A stretch of 63,831 nt of DNA, filler included, from a bacterium (GTDB lineage Bacteria > UBP15 > UBA6099 > JAJRTR01), in assembly GCA_024278215.1 (NCBI GenBank). It is 5 parts of 5 records of this genome, joined end to end, with 100 filler letters (N's around TTAATTAATTAA, not from the genome) between each part and the next. Parts side by side here need not be neighbours in the genome. Positions count along the whole stretch, not along the records: positions 31,367 to 44,413 come from JAJRTR010000060.1; positions 44,514 to 63,831 come from JAJRTR010000061.1; 3 more parts are not named here. One strand, written 5' to 3'. Positions within the stretch are counted from its first letter, which is position 1; each line of letters opens with the position of its first letter. Positions 41,466 through 51,493 of this stretch are shown here, piece after piece. Position numbers and translations under genes: made by a program. A model generated the notes under the pieces. That model was given only the letters and a program-made list of their open reading frames with translations. It had not been told where the DNA came from and searched no databases.

Positions 41466-43361
41466 TCACAGTCCGAACTTTTCAGAAAGATACTCACTAA
41501 AAAAATCCGTGTTCCATACGTCCATTTCGCGTGGCTTGAACCCTTCAGCGCCGACCGGGTGCAGTTCGTCTGTCCCATAGAACTCCGCATAGTTCTTCCT
41601 GATTCCGAAGCAACAGCCGTTAAGCCCACAGTCGGCGCAGGCATCAGTTTTTATCATGTCCCGGCTTCTTCCCGCCGTCTCCAGAACCCGCGCGTCCGGG
41701 AAATACACGGGGTTTCCATCGAGAATACACAGAGGGATGCCGCACATGGCTGTAAGGCCGGAGAATGGAACGCGGAGTTCGTAGCATAAGTCGAGCGCTT
41801 TTGTCAGAGGTTTTTTCAACTCGCTCATTCTTGGGATCAACCCCCTGAATATCATCGCACCGTATATGGGCGCGGCCACGGAAAATACAATTTGTGTCCT
41901 GTCGAGCGCGGCGGCAGTGAACTCGACGAATTCGGAAAGCGCCGTGTAATTGAACGAATTTATCACATGGCTGATCAAGACAAAAACGCCGTTTCTCCTG
42001 AGATTGGCAATTCCCTTCACCGTTTTATCGAAGGAGCCGGGAAGCCCGGTCAGCATATCAGATACTTCCGGTTTATGCGAGTGGAGTGAAACAAGGGCAA
42101 AATCGAGGCCGGCCTCCGCCAGAGCCTGCACCCTATCTTCCCGATGCAAAAGAACCGCATTCGTCTGGAGTCCGACTTTCCTGATATTCCCGGTCTTAAG
42201 CATCTTCACATATTCGACCAGGTTTGCGTTCAGGGTGGGTTCTCCTCCTGAAATACATACGGAACCAACTTCGTAATGGCGGAGTTCGTTGATGTATGAT
42301 TTTACTTTCGATATATCGGGGTTTTTGAAGTATGGCTCAACCCAGCAGAAAAGGCAGCGCTGATTGCATCTGTAATTTATCCTGAGCAGTACTTCCTCAA
42401 CGTATTTCTTTCCTTCTTTTTCAATAATTGCGGGCAGCACAAACTCGTTCTCTATGCCTGCAAGGTCTCGGGGCGAGTCCGGTTCAGCCGGCCACTGTTT
42501 CAAAACCGATCCTGTGAATTCCGGGGTCGGCACAACGAGCGCCCGGTCATCATGGTTGTCGAATTGAGGATGGATTCCCCGGCAGAAAAACCTCAGAAAA
42601 CAGTCTGCACACAATCCGGGTCTGCGCGGAACATTCTGCCCTGTTTCTCCTGTTATCGGCGGAAAAACGAAAAGTGAACGGAAGGTATCCATCGACCTGA
42701 ACAAACATGGGGCGGGACAGTCGCCCGGCTTGAAGTAAAGGCCCGCACCCGCCTTCACGGCCTCATCAAGCGTCTGCTGCAATATCGCTTCCATTTCTGC
42801 AATCGTCGCACAATCCTCACTGTTCACCAACTCCAGGAAAATGCTTCCCACATGCGGAAAACTATTGCCGATGAACTGCACGTGCTGATCCAGATCCATT
42901 ATCGTTTGTTTCAGGAGTGGTATGCGGATTGCTGTTTCAACACCGGCGGCCGCGGTGGACTCGATACCTTTGCGAGCCAGTTCCCAGCCTCCCGTGTATC
43001 GGGTCGCGGCATCTGAAACATCGGGGCTGCGGCTGACGTGCAGAAACATAATGTGAGTCAGACCCGAGGCAAGGATTCTTTCGGCATACGCAGGGTAGGA
43101 CATCATCAATCCGTTGGTATCAAGGCGGATGGTGCTGAAGCCGAGCCTGACCGCCTGCCTTATGTATTCGGCCAGGTGCCGACTGATCGTCGGTTCGCCG
43201 CCTGTGAACACCACGGAGTCGGTAGTCTCTCTCAACTCGCACAACCTTTGCAATATAATTTCCGGCACTATGTCTGTGGGTTCACACAGCACTTTCTTCC
43301 CGCAGAAAAAACAGTTCTGATTGCATTCAGTACATACCGTGATGATTCCCATGCCGAGCAT
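41466..43361 (-). CDS. Twin-domain radical SAM protein
   Basis: CNQNCFFC and CNQRCLFC, each followed by GGEPT and a CxxC-x5-C-xG tail; AGAGG RBS before ATG 43361. Confidence 0.9.
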   Translation of the reverse strand: MLGMGIITVCTECNQNCFFCGKKVLCEPTDIVPEIILQRLCELRETTDSVVFTGGEPTISRHLAEYIRQAVRLGFSTIRLDTNGLMMSYPAYAERILASGLTHIMFLHVSRSPDVSDAATRYTGGWELARKGIESTAAAGVETAIRIPLLKQTIMDLDQHVQFIGNSFPHVGSIFLELVNSEDCATIAEMEAILQQTLDEAVKAGAGLYFKPGDCPAPCLFRSMDTFRSLFVFPPITGETGQNVPRRPGLCADCFLRFFCRGIHPQFDNHDDRALVVPTPEFTGSVLKQWPAEPDSPRDLAGIENEFVLPAIIEKEGKKYVEEVLLRINYRCNQRCLFCWVEPYFKNPDISKVKSYINELRHYEVGSVCISGGEPTLNANLVEYVKMLKTGNIRKVGLQTNAVLLHREDRVQALAEAGLDFALVSLHSHKPEVSDMLTGLPGSFDKTVKGIANLRRNGVFVLISHVINSFNYTALSEFVEFTAAALDRTQIVFSVAAPIYGAMIFRGLIPRMSELKKPLTKALDLCYELRVPFSGLTAMCGIPLCILDGNPVYFPDARVLETAGRSRDMIKTDACADCGLNGCCFGIRKNYAEFYGTDELHPVGAEGFKPREMDVWNTDFFSEYLSEKFGL

Positions 43362-43590
43362 AATAAAACCTCTGGATATATTACCCGTTTGTGATCTATC
43401 CGTTTTTTTCATCGACGATCCTGACACCGGGAGCAAAAAGATTCACTCTTTATATCTGATTCCCGGATGATTGGCCGGCCAAACCAAACACCGGTCACTT
43501 AAATAATAATGATGCTCGAAAGAGCCTGTCTTTATCTTAATAATATGTCTCATTGCCACGCTAAGTGAACTGTATTGCGGTTAATGTGGT

Positions 43591-43619
43591 TAACTCGCAA
43601 ATTTCACAAATGCGTGTTA
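43591..43619 (+). repeat. Degenerate short palindromic repeat
   Basis: TAACTCGCAAATTTCACAAATGCGTGTTA. Confidence 0.6.
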
Positions 43620-43699
43620 AAGGTACTTCGGGACGCCGTAAACGACTGTGTGTTGTCGATAAGATGTTACGGTGAAAGTGACGTCGGGCGTCCGACGAT

Positions 43700-44413
43700 C
43701 TATTTCAGGTATTTGCGCAGGAAGGCGACCGCAATATTCCACGCCGCGGTGGAACCGCTGATCTCTTCCTCGGTGCGGCGCGCCGGGTCTGTGTAGAACA
43801 GCAGCGCGTGGCCGAGGCCGGGGAAGATGTGCAGCTCGTATTCTTTGTTATACTTGTCCAGAGCGGCGGCCATTTCTTTTGCCTGCGAAGGCGGCACGAT
43901 AGTGTCTTTTTCGCCGTAGAGCAGCAGGACAGGCGTGTTGATCAGGTTCGCATCGAGCGCGGGCGCGCGCTTCCTGAAAGCTTCGGGTTTGTCCGACGGG
44001 CCTTTCCCGTAGACTTTGACGGATAGCGGATCGGAGACGTCAAACCCGTTATCCACGAGGTATTTATACCAGGTGAATGTGTCTGTAACGCCATAAGCGC
44101 AAATTGCGGCGGCGAATCGCTGGTCGCGCTCGACGGCAAGCAGTGTGATGATGCCGCCATGGCTCGTGCCCATGATCGCGACGCGCGCCGTGTCGGCCTC
44201 GGGCAGCGACCTGAGCGCGGTGGCGGCGTTGAGCGCGTCATCCACTTCGCCATCGGCCACTTCGACTTCGCCTTCCGAGCCATCTTCGCCCCTGTAACTC
44301 GGCGCGATGATAATGTAGCCCAGTTCCGCGAGTTCGCGACATCTTTTCACCGTAAGTTCCGGTACACCACCGATGCCGCCGTGATTGAATATTACACCGG
44401 GCAGGCCACCGTA
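43700..44413 (-). CDS. Alpha/beta hydrolase (S9 peptidase-like), 5' end cut by contig edge
   Basis: YRGEDGSEG, GTSHGG nucleophile, GEKDTIVP, PGLGH. Confidence 0.85.
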   Translation of the reverse strand, partial: YGGLPGVIFNHGGIGGVPELTVKRCRELAELGYIIIAPSYRGEDGSEGEVEVADGEVDDALNAATALRSLPEADTARVAIMGTSHGGIITLLAVERDQRFAAAICAYGVTDTFTWYKYLVDNGFDVSDPLSVKVYGKGPSDKPEAFRKRAPALDANLINTPVLLLYGEKDTIVPPSQAKEMAAALDKYNKEYELHIFPGLGHALLFYTDPARRTEEEISGSTAAWNIAVAFLRKYLK

Positions 44414-44513
44414 NNNNNNNNNNNNNNNNNNNNNNNNNNNNNNNNNNNNNNNNNNNNTTAATTAATTAANNNNNNNNNNNNNNNNNNNNNNNNNNNNNNN
44501 NNNNNNNNNNNNN
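44414..44513. other. Artificial contig spacer
   Basis: N-run with TTAATTAATTAA linker. Confidence 0.97.
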
Positions 44514-44549
44514 ACCCCCAGTAAAGTAATTCTTTAAATACAGACCGTG

Positions 44550-44728
44550 GAGCCAATTGCAAAATTATGATTCTGCTGCGGTCGGCTGCTGTTGCCCATA
44601 GCTGCGTTGTCGGTGTAAAATCGTCCTCGACGTACTCTACAAGTACGCCTGCGGGGATTTCGCATCTCCGCCTTGCTTCGGAACAATTTCGCTCGACCTC
44701 GCTACGAACATAATTTTGCAATTGGCTC
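44550..44728 (-). mobile_element. MITE copy E (179 bp, inverted)
   Basis: Perfect 20-bp TIRs; flanked by CGTG on both sides. Confidence 0.9.
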
Positions 44729-44824
44729 CGTGATGTGTTAAAATAAGAGTGGACGCAGCTTCAACTCACCGTTTCACTAATATATTAAATGCGTCCGGAA
44801 TAACAACTCCAGGGGGTTGCGACT

Positions 44825-45067
44825 ATGCCAGTCAGTCCTATTCATGCAACAGATTATGTCAGCCTCGCCCAGCTTAACGGAGCAGGCAAACTCGACATCA
44901 CAAAACTCAGCAACAATCCGGCAAGATTCCCGACATCCAAAGAAGTTATGAGTGCGAATCCCGCTAAGATTGCAAAGATCTCGGCGAAGATTCCCGGCAA
45001 CGTACCCACCATTCAGGATTTATCGAATGCTGTAGGTATAAAAAGGTCTTTCGACATCAAAGGCTGA
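44825..45067 (+). CDS. Small hypothetical protein (80 aa)
   Basis: AGGGGG RBS, plausible composition, fills an otherwise empty gap. Confidence 0.55.
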   Translation: MPVSPIHATDYVSLAQLNGAGKLDITKLSNNPARFPTSKEVMSANPAKIAKISAKIPGNVPTIQDLSNAVGIKRSFDIKG

Positions 45068-45205
45068 AGAGTTCCGGTCTTTGAGATAGAGAAAACGCAC
45101 CTTGCCGGGTAAGGTGTGGAACTGGTTTTGTTCGCGGCATCTTGCTGAAGTGTTTCAAAAAACCAGATGTAAGAGCCAATTGCGACATTCCGGACCGACA
45201 CGGCT

Positions 45206-47263
45206 CTACTTCGATGCGGTGGATTCTTCGGGATACATCGCTTGCAGGACTTCCGTAAGTTTCAGGCTTTTCAGTTTGTTGGGCCGGGGTCTGCCTTCAC
45301 GGTCGATCTCGCGCACAGTGTAGTACTCGCGGATCATGTGTTCATGGTCGGGAGTGAGTTTTTTCGCCATACGTTTCTTGTTAAGTTTTTTACCCGGCAT
45401 GATCTTTCCCATACCAAGGAAAACTTTTTTCTGATGAGGAATAATCCTGTTCATTACACTTATGGAGACATCTTTTATGAACGGGAGGTCGGGCGGTTTG
45501 AATTTAGTCGTGCTGTAAACGATGTCGTCGAGGCCGGTCGGCACGCCCTCCTCGTGGGCATGTAAAAGCCTCGCGGGAAGTTTGTCGTCATCTGCTGTAA
45601 AACCGCATAAATTATTGAACGCTCTTTGTATGAACCATGTGCGCTCGCCTATGGCGGTCAGTTCGCTTATTGACCATTCTATACCTGTAATATGTTTAAG
45701 GGCGGGCAGCAGGTTGTCTTTTACCGAGAGCGGCCAGGAGACGAACATGCACATGTTAAGCGAAGACACGAGCATGCCGAGGTCTTCGCTTCGTGCCACC
45801 ATTTCCGCTTTGCCGTCTTTCGTGAGCGGCGGGTAGGAACCGTCGAGCCCGAACTCCGGATATTTGTAGACGCCCATTTCCACGACAAGATCATTGTGTG
45901 AAATGTGGCAGGCGCCGCGCGGCGCGGTGGTGTAGGCGAGGGCGAGTCCGTGATAGGCGCGCGGGTCGTGCATCGGAACTTCCATGCCTTTCGAGTGTAT
46001 AGCGAACCGCGCTGATTCATGTCCGATTTTTTCGCTCATTCGCTTGACGCCTTCAGCCAGCATATCGCCTATCCCTTCGCGTTTCGCAATCATTTCGAGA
46101 AGTTGCAGAAGAGTTTCCGACCGGCCCCAGTCGAGCTCCATGCCGCCTGTGTCATCTTTGGAGATCAGCCCTTTTTCATAAGCTTCGGTAATGAACGCGA
46201 TGCTGCTGCCTGCCGATATAGTGTCCATACCCATATCGTTGCACAGTACATTTGCGGCGCACAGGGCTTCCAGGTCGTCGATCATGTTCATAGCGCCCAT
46301 GGCGGCAACCGTTTCATATTCCGGGCCGGGCGCTTTATCCATTTTATATTTACCGTCGGGTATCGTCACCACGCGCTTGCACTTCACCGGGCATCCGAAA
46401 CAGCCCGACGTTTTATCGAGTATCGTGTCGGCCATTGTGATGCCGTTTATTCGGTCTGAGCCGGTGCTCCAGTCCGCCACGCGCCAGTTTTTTGTGGGCA
46501 CATCGCCGACCAGCATACCCAGTTGCATCGTTCCGGCTGTTCCGAAGCGGGAGTAAGCGGTCATTGTGACATCGTCCTTGAGCGCTTTTGATATTTTTTC
46601 GCGCAACGCGGTGAATTCGCCCTTATCGAAAAGTTCGGGTCTCTTCTTGCCGTGAACAGCCACAGCTTTTAATTTTTTTGAGCCCATCACAGCGCCGAGC
46701 CCGGTACGGCCTGCGGCGTTATGAGGCGAGTCCATGATGCACGAATAAAGAACCCTGTTTTCACCGGCCGGGCCGATGCTCATCGTATAAACTTTCTTGA
46801 CTTTCTGTTCTTCCGCTATGAGTGCGGAGACTTCAGATGTCGGCTTACCCCATACAATACCCGCAGGTACTATCGAGGGTTTGCCGTCATTTATGAAAAG
46901 GTAAACAGGTTCCTGCGCCGCGCCGGTGATAACGATGCCGTCGTAACCGGCGTATTTCATATAGGGCGCGAAATAGCCGCCGCAACTCGAGGAACCGAAT
47001 CCGCCGGTGAGCGGCGACCTTGCGGCAACCTGTATGCGGCTCGAACCCGGCATCGGGGTTCCCACATAGGGACCGGTCATGAAGATTATCGGATTATCCG
47101 GGCCGAGTGGGTCCGCCTCATAAGCTTTCAGGTCGAACAGGAGTTTCGAAGCAAGCGCGACGCCGCCCAGATATTCGCGGGCGACTTCAGGTGTCAGTTC
47201 GCGGTCTTCGATCTTTCCGCCTGTCAGATCGACATATAATATTCTGCCGCAATATCCATACAT
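45206..47263 (-). CDS. Aldehyde:ferredoxin oxidoreductase (W/Mo AOR family)
   Basis: YLGG, SPLTG, IGPAGEN, AAGRTGLGAVMGSKKLKA, CFGCPVKC, GPEYET, GMDTIS, HDPR. Confidence 0.93.
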   Translation of the reverse strand: MYGYCGRILYVDLTGGKIEDRELTPEVAREYLGGVALASKLLFDLKAYEADPLGPDNPIIFMTGPYVGTPMPGSSRIQVAARSPLTGGFGSSSCGGYFAPYMKYAGYDGIVITGAAQEPVYLFINDGKPSIVPAGIVWGKPTSEVSALIAEEQKVKKVYTMSIGPAGENRVLYSCIMDSPHNAAGRTGLGAVMGSKKLKAVAVHGKKRPELFDKGEFTALREKISKALKDDVTMTAYSRFGTAGTMQLGMLVGDVPTKNWRVADWSTGSDRINGITMADTILDKTSGCFGCPVKCKRVVTIPDGKYKMDKAPGPEYETVAAMGAMNMIDDLEALCAANVLCNDMGMDTISAGSSIAFITEAYEKGLISKDDTGGMELDWGRSETLLQLLEMIAKREGIGDMLAEGVKRMSEKIGHESARFAIHSKGMEVPMHDPRAYHGLALAYTTAPRGACHISHNDLVVEMGVYKYPEFGLDGSYPPLTKDGKAEMVARSEDLGMLVSSLNMCMFVSWPLSVKDNLLPALKHITGIEWSISELTAIGERTWFIQRAFNNLCGFTADDDKLPARLLHAHEEGVPTGLDDIVYSTTKFKPPDLPFIKDVSISVMNRIIPHQKKVFLGMGKIMPGKKLNKKRMAKKLTPDHEHMIREYYTVREIDREGRPRPNKLKSLKLTEVLQAMYPEESTASK

Positions 47264-47377
47264 AACCGTGTTTCCCCTCTCAGCAAGCAGTTTGAAAAAC
47301 TGTAACACTTCAAACGGGTAAAGAATGTTGTTGAAAAGAGCAGGAGCGTATCGCTATAAAACATTGCCGGGCCGGTT

Positions 47378-49198
47378 CTATTCCCGCGTTCCTATCCTTA
47401 GAACAACAAAATCAGCATCTTCATTCTTATAGAGTTTCTCTATTTCGTCTTTGTATCTGTTTGTGATTTTCTTCAGCCTTGCCTGTCCGTTAGCCGTGGC
47501 TTCTTGATTCTTCGGAGAGAAAGGTCTTACATATAAAGCCTTATGAATCCGTTCGAGAGGGTGATTGTCTTCCTGTTTGCTTTTGACTTCGAAAAATTCA
47601 TGTTCAACAGCTTCCAGCATTTGCTCGTTGTAGACAAGATCGTATGGATGCGCGTAGGAGATCCCCATCGAGTCTGCATACCTGACAGGCACATCGAGGT
47701 CCTCTGCCATCGAGATCACAGCAACCGGAAAGTCCATTTGTTCGCCCGCCACGGCTATCTGTCCGATGAGGCTGCAATGATCAAGGAATTTCTCGCCGAT
47801 TTCCTCCAGGTCGTAATATTCGCCGTTTGCGAATTTTACACGGCTTCCTTGCCTGCCGATAATTTTCAGATACCCTTAGTGATCCAGTATACCCATATCT
47901 CCTGTGTGGAAAAAGCCGTCTTTAGAAAGCACCGAAATATTTATTGCGGGGAGATTGAGGTAGCCGGAGAAAACGCTGTCGCCCCTGACCGTGATCTCGC
48001 CGGGTTGCCCCGGAAGCACCTGTCTGCCTTCCTCGTCCAATATTTTAACTTCGAGGCCCGGTATAACCTTGCCGACAGTGCCCTGTTTCTTCCCGCCCGG
48101 CATATTTATTGATATTACAGGTGATGTTTCGCTCATTCCGTAGCCTTCGACAATTGCGAGCCCGAGTTTATTTTCAAATATATTTTCGACACAGGCCGCA
48201 AGTTTTGCCGCTCCGGAAATGCAGGTTCTTGTGTGGTCGAGGCCTGCTGCCGCCAGCGCTTTCGGGATATATTTTTCGTCGACATTCATGTCCAGCTCGA
48301 CGTATTCGCCGTTTGAAATCTGGAAGATTTTACCGCTGATAAGATCGAGAAGATTCGAGAAAGTGCGAGGCACGCCGGGCAGTATCGTCGGCCTCACAGC
48401 AGCGAGATCGAATGCGAACGTTCCTTTGCGGCAGTAGGCGAGCGTACCCCCGCTGAAAAGAACCAGATATGAGATGATTGTCTGCAATATATGCGCGGTA
48501 GGCAGGTATGCCAGGCAGATGTCGTCCCGGCGAATGTCCAATAATTCGGCACATGTTCTTGCGTTTGCCATAATATTGTTATGGCTGAGCACAGCGCCTT
48601 TAGGCTGACCGCTCATGCCGGAAGTATAAACGATTCGTGCGGGAGTATCGCCGATGATTCCCTGGATGCGCTCATCAACGGCTTCGCGGTTTATCGCCGT
48701 TTTTATAAGGGTATCGTAACGCACTATGCGCTCGTCATCTATCTCATCAGGGATTCTTCCGAACGCTACAATCCATTTAAGAGACGGCATCATTCCCGGA
48801 GGTATCATCGAGATGGTTTCGAGCCTCTGCCGGCGGTCCACGAATATAACACTTATCTCCGAGTCGTTGATTTTATGAATGATATTATCTTCATTATCGT
48901 TGCTGTAAATTCCTACCGTCGCACCGCCGCACGCCTGCACGGCGAAATCCGCAATATTCCATTCTTCTCTCGTCGAGGACAGGATGCCGGCTTTGTCTCC
49001 TGCTACAAAACCACATTCCATAAGCCCGGTTGCAAGTGAAAAAGTATCTTCAATAAGGCTGCGATACGACTTCACTATCGAATATTCACCTCTTTCGTCT
49101 TTCGACGACATCGCCGGTGCGTCACTATACAGTAATGCAGCGTTTCTTATCGCTTCTACAATGCTGACGGACTCGCACACTTTTTGAGGTAATCCCAT
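47378..49198 (-). pseudogene. Long-chain fatty acyl-CoA ligase interrupted by an in-frame TAA (47876-47878)
   Basis: YTSGMSGQPKG, EGYGMSET, FHTGDMG; reads ...LDH*GYLKIIGR... in frame to 47378 (606 codons). Confidence 0.85.
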
Positions 49199-49388
49199 AA
49201 TACTTCCCCTCTAAACGGTACCGGCTGAGAATGTTTTGTTATGCGTAAATTCTATCATCAACATATTATTATTACAATCCGAATCTACACGTCATGCAGC
49301 AGCCGGAAACAATTTCGAAAAGATATTCAGACGCAGATAGAGCAGATTTACGCAGATAAATGCTTCATGATTTTCATCGTTCCACATC

Positions 49389-49412
49389 TGCATTTGTGAA
49401 ATATACGGGTTA
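49389..49412 (-). repeat. Degenerate short palindromic repeat
   Basis: TGCATTTGTGAAATATACGGGTTA. Confidence 0.55.
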
Positions 49413-49875
49413 AGCCTAACCCGGCAAAGCCGGAACCAAACAGGCCGCATTTTCGTGCCCAGACAAATGCGGTTTGAGCACGTCACACGCACGGTCTACG
49501 GTTTGAGCACGGCACACAGAGTTTCATCGTTCCAAAGGTCTACCTTGGAAACGACTGTAACTGGAAGCTCCAGCTTTCACCGATCTCTTTTCAGCATTTC
49601 TTTACCATCCTGCGTAGCATTTCAGTCGCAAGATACTGTAGTGTGCACAAGGTGTAGTGGATAATGAAGACACATCGACACAAGATGTCGTGTCAACTTG
49701 AGTGAAGGGAATCCCTCCCTTCAGATATTTTGAAGGAATTTCGAGGACATGACAGGAATTTCGCCCTTTAATTCCGGATAGTGTACCCGGGGAATTCTGC
49801 GCATGTTTCAAAAACGCACAAGTTTCTTATTGCATTACATGCGCTTTTCAGTGTTGCGGCACCTCCTGTGGCCGG

Positions 49876-51321
49876 TTACTTCTTTTTCTTTTTGTCATCT
49901 TCGGGTTCGGGTTTTGTCACTTTGCCGGTCATGACGAATTCATGGATGCTGCGCGCGGCGACTTTGCCCTGTCCCATAGCGGAGATAACGGTGGCTGCGC
50001 CTGTGACGATGTCGCCGCCCGCAAAAACACCTTTTTTCGATGTTTCCAGTGTGTCCGGGTCTGCAACTATTGTGCCCCAGCGTGTTGTCTTGATGTCGGG
50101 AGTAGTCATGGGAATCAGCGGGTTTGACCTGTTGCCGAGCGCCGGTATGACAGTATCGCATTCGATGACAAATTCGCTTCCTTTTATCGGTATGGGCCTG
50201 CGGCTGCCGGAATCGTCCGGCTCGCCAAGCTCCATCCTTATGCACTCGACGCCGACAACATGGCCTTCGTCGTTGCCGAGTATACGCACAGGGTTTGTGA
50301 GCAGTTCGAGTTTGACGCCTTCCTGCTCGGCATGATGAATTTCTTCATTACGCGCGGGCATCTCGTCGCGGCTGCGCCTGTAGACGATAGTCGACTCCGA
50401 ACCCATGCGCAAAGCCGTGCGCGCCGAGTCCATGGCGACATTTCCGCCGCCTACGGTGATGACTTTTTTACTGATAATCGGCGCGGTGGCATATTCGGGG
50501 AACTTGTATGCTTTCATGAGGTTCGAGCGTGTCAGGTATTCATTTGCCGAGTAGACGCCGACGAGGTTTTCGCCGGGAATGCGCATAAAGATGGGGAGTC
50601 CCGCGCCTGTGGCTACGAATATCGCGTCGTAGCCGTTATTCAGCAAGTCGTCGACGGTGCCGGATTTGCCGACGACGAAGTCTTTGCGTATTTCCACACC
50701 GAGCTTTTCGAGGCCGCCTATTTCGTATTTCACGATTTCTTTTGGGAGCCTGAACTCGGGGATGCCGTACACGAGAACGCCGCCGGTCACGTGGAAGGCT
50801 TCGAATATCGTGACATCGTGGCCGAGTTTGACGAGGTCTCCGGCAACAGTCACACCGGCAGGCCCGGAACCCACGACACCGATCTTCTTACCTGTGGGGG
50901 GCGGCATGTCGGGGATGACCATATCGCCCGCGCGGCGCGCGTAATCGGCAGCGAAGCGTTCGAGTCTGCCTATTGCAACGGGATCGCCTTTCTTGCCGAG
51001 AATGCAACGCGCCTCGCACTGCATTTCCTGCGGGCACACTCTGCCTGTTACCGCCGGCAGCGTATTCTGTTCTTTCAGCGACCATGCGGCTTCGATGAAC
51101 TTGCCCTCTTCGATAAGCAGTATGAATTTAGGGATGTTGATATTGACGGGACACCCTTTCACACAATTGGGCTTTTTACATTTCAGGCAGCGCTGTGCTT
51201 CCTGCACAGCAGTTTCCTCGTCGTAGCCGTAAGGGACTTCATCGAAGTTGTGTCTCCTGCGGCGCGGGTCCTGCTCGGGCATTTTATGCCTTGGAATCTT
51301 TTTGCGTTCTTTCACATCCAT
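49876..51321 (-). CDS. NfnB/SudA/GltD-like flavo-iron-sulfur oxidoreductase large subunit
   Basis: EAQRCLKC...CVKGCP, GRVCPQEMQC, GSGPAG, YGIPEFRLP, GGGNVAMD, YRRS, FAGGD. Confidence 0.92.
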   Translation of the reverse strand: MDVKERKKIPRHKMPEQDPRRRRHNFDEVPYGYDEETAVQEAQRCLKCKKPNCVKGCPVNINIPKFILLIEEGKFIEAAWSLKEQNTLPAVTGRVCPQEMQCEARCILGKKGDPVAIGRLERFAADYARRAGDMVIPDMPPPTGKKIGVVGSGPAGVTVAGDLVKLGHDVTIFEAFHVTGGVLVYGIPEFRLPKEIVKYEIGGLEKLGVEIRKDFVVGKSGTVDDLLNNGYDAIFVATGAGLPIFMRIPGENLVGVYSANEYLTRSNLMKAYKFPEYATAPIISKKVITVGGGNVAMDSARTALRMGSESTIVYRRSRDEMPARNEEIHHAEQEGVKLELLTNPVRILGNDEGHVVGVECIRMELGEPDDSGSRRPIPIKGSEFVIECDTVIPALGNRSNPLIPMTTPDIKTTRWGTIVADPDTLETSKKGVFAGGDIVTGAATVISAMGQGKVAARSIHEFVMTGKVTKPEPEDDKKKKK

Positions 51322-51467
51322 TGCTTTTTTCCGTCTCTCTTTTGCCGCTCTGACCGGCGCGGCTTGATATTTTTTGATTCTGCTGCTTTCTTTTGCCGGT
51401 GTTATTCAACAATATACACAAAACGGGTTTGCGCAGGGCACACATCGTTGTTGTAAGTGTGTGCTAA

Positions 51468-51493
51468 CCGGCATCTGTGAAATATGTGTGCTA
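51468..51493 (-). repeat. Degenerate short palindromic repeat starting at the stop codon of the upstream gene
   Basis: CCGGCATCTGTGAAATATGTGTGCTA. Confidence 0.5.

Noticed and set aside
6975-44513. TTAATTAATTAA palindrome in N-runs, four times
   Set aside because: Artificial six-frame-stop linker between contigs; adjacency across it is meaningless
45173-45183. Solo GAGCCAATTGC matching the MITE end
   Set aside because: 11 bp with no element body or partner end; may be chance
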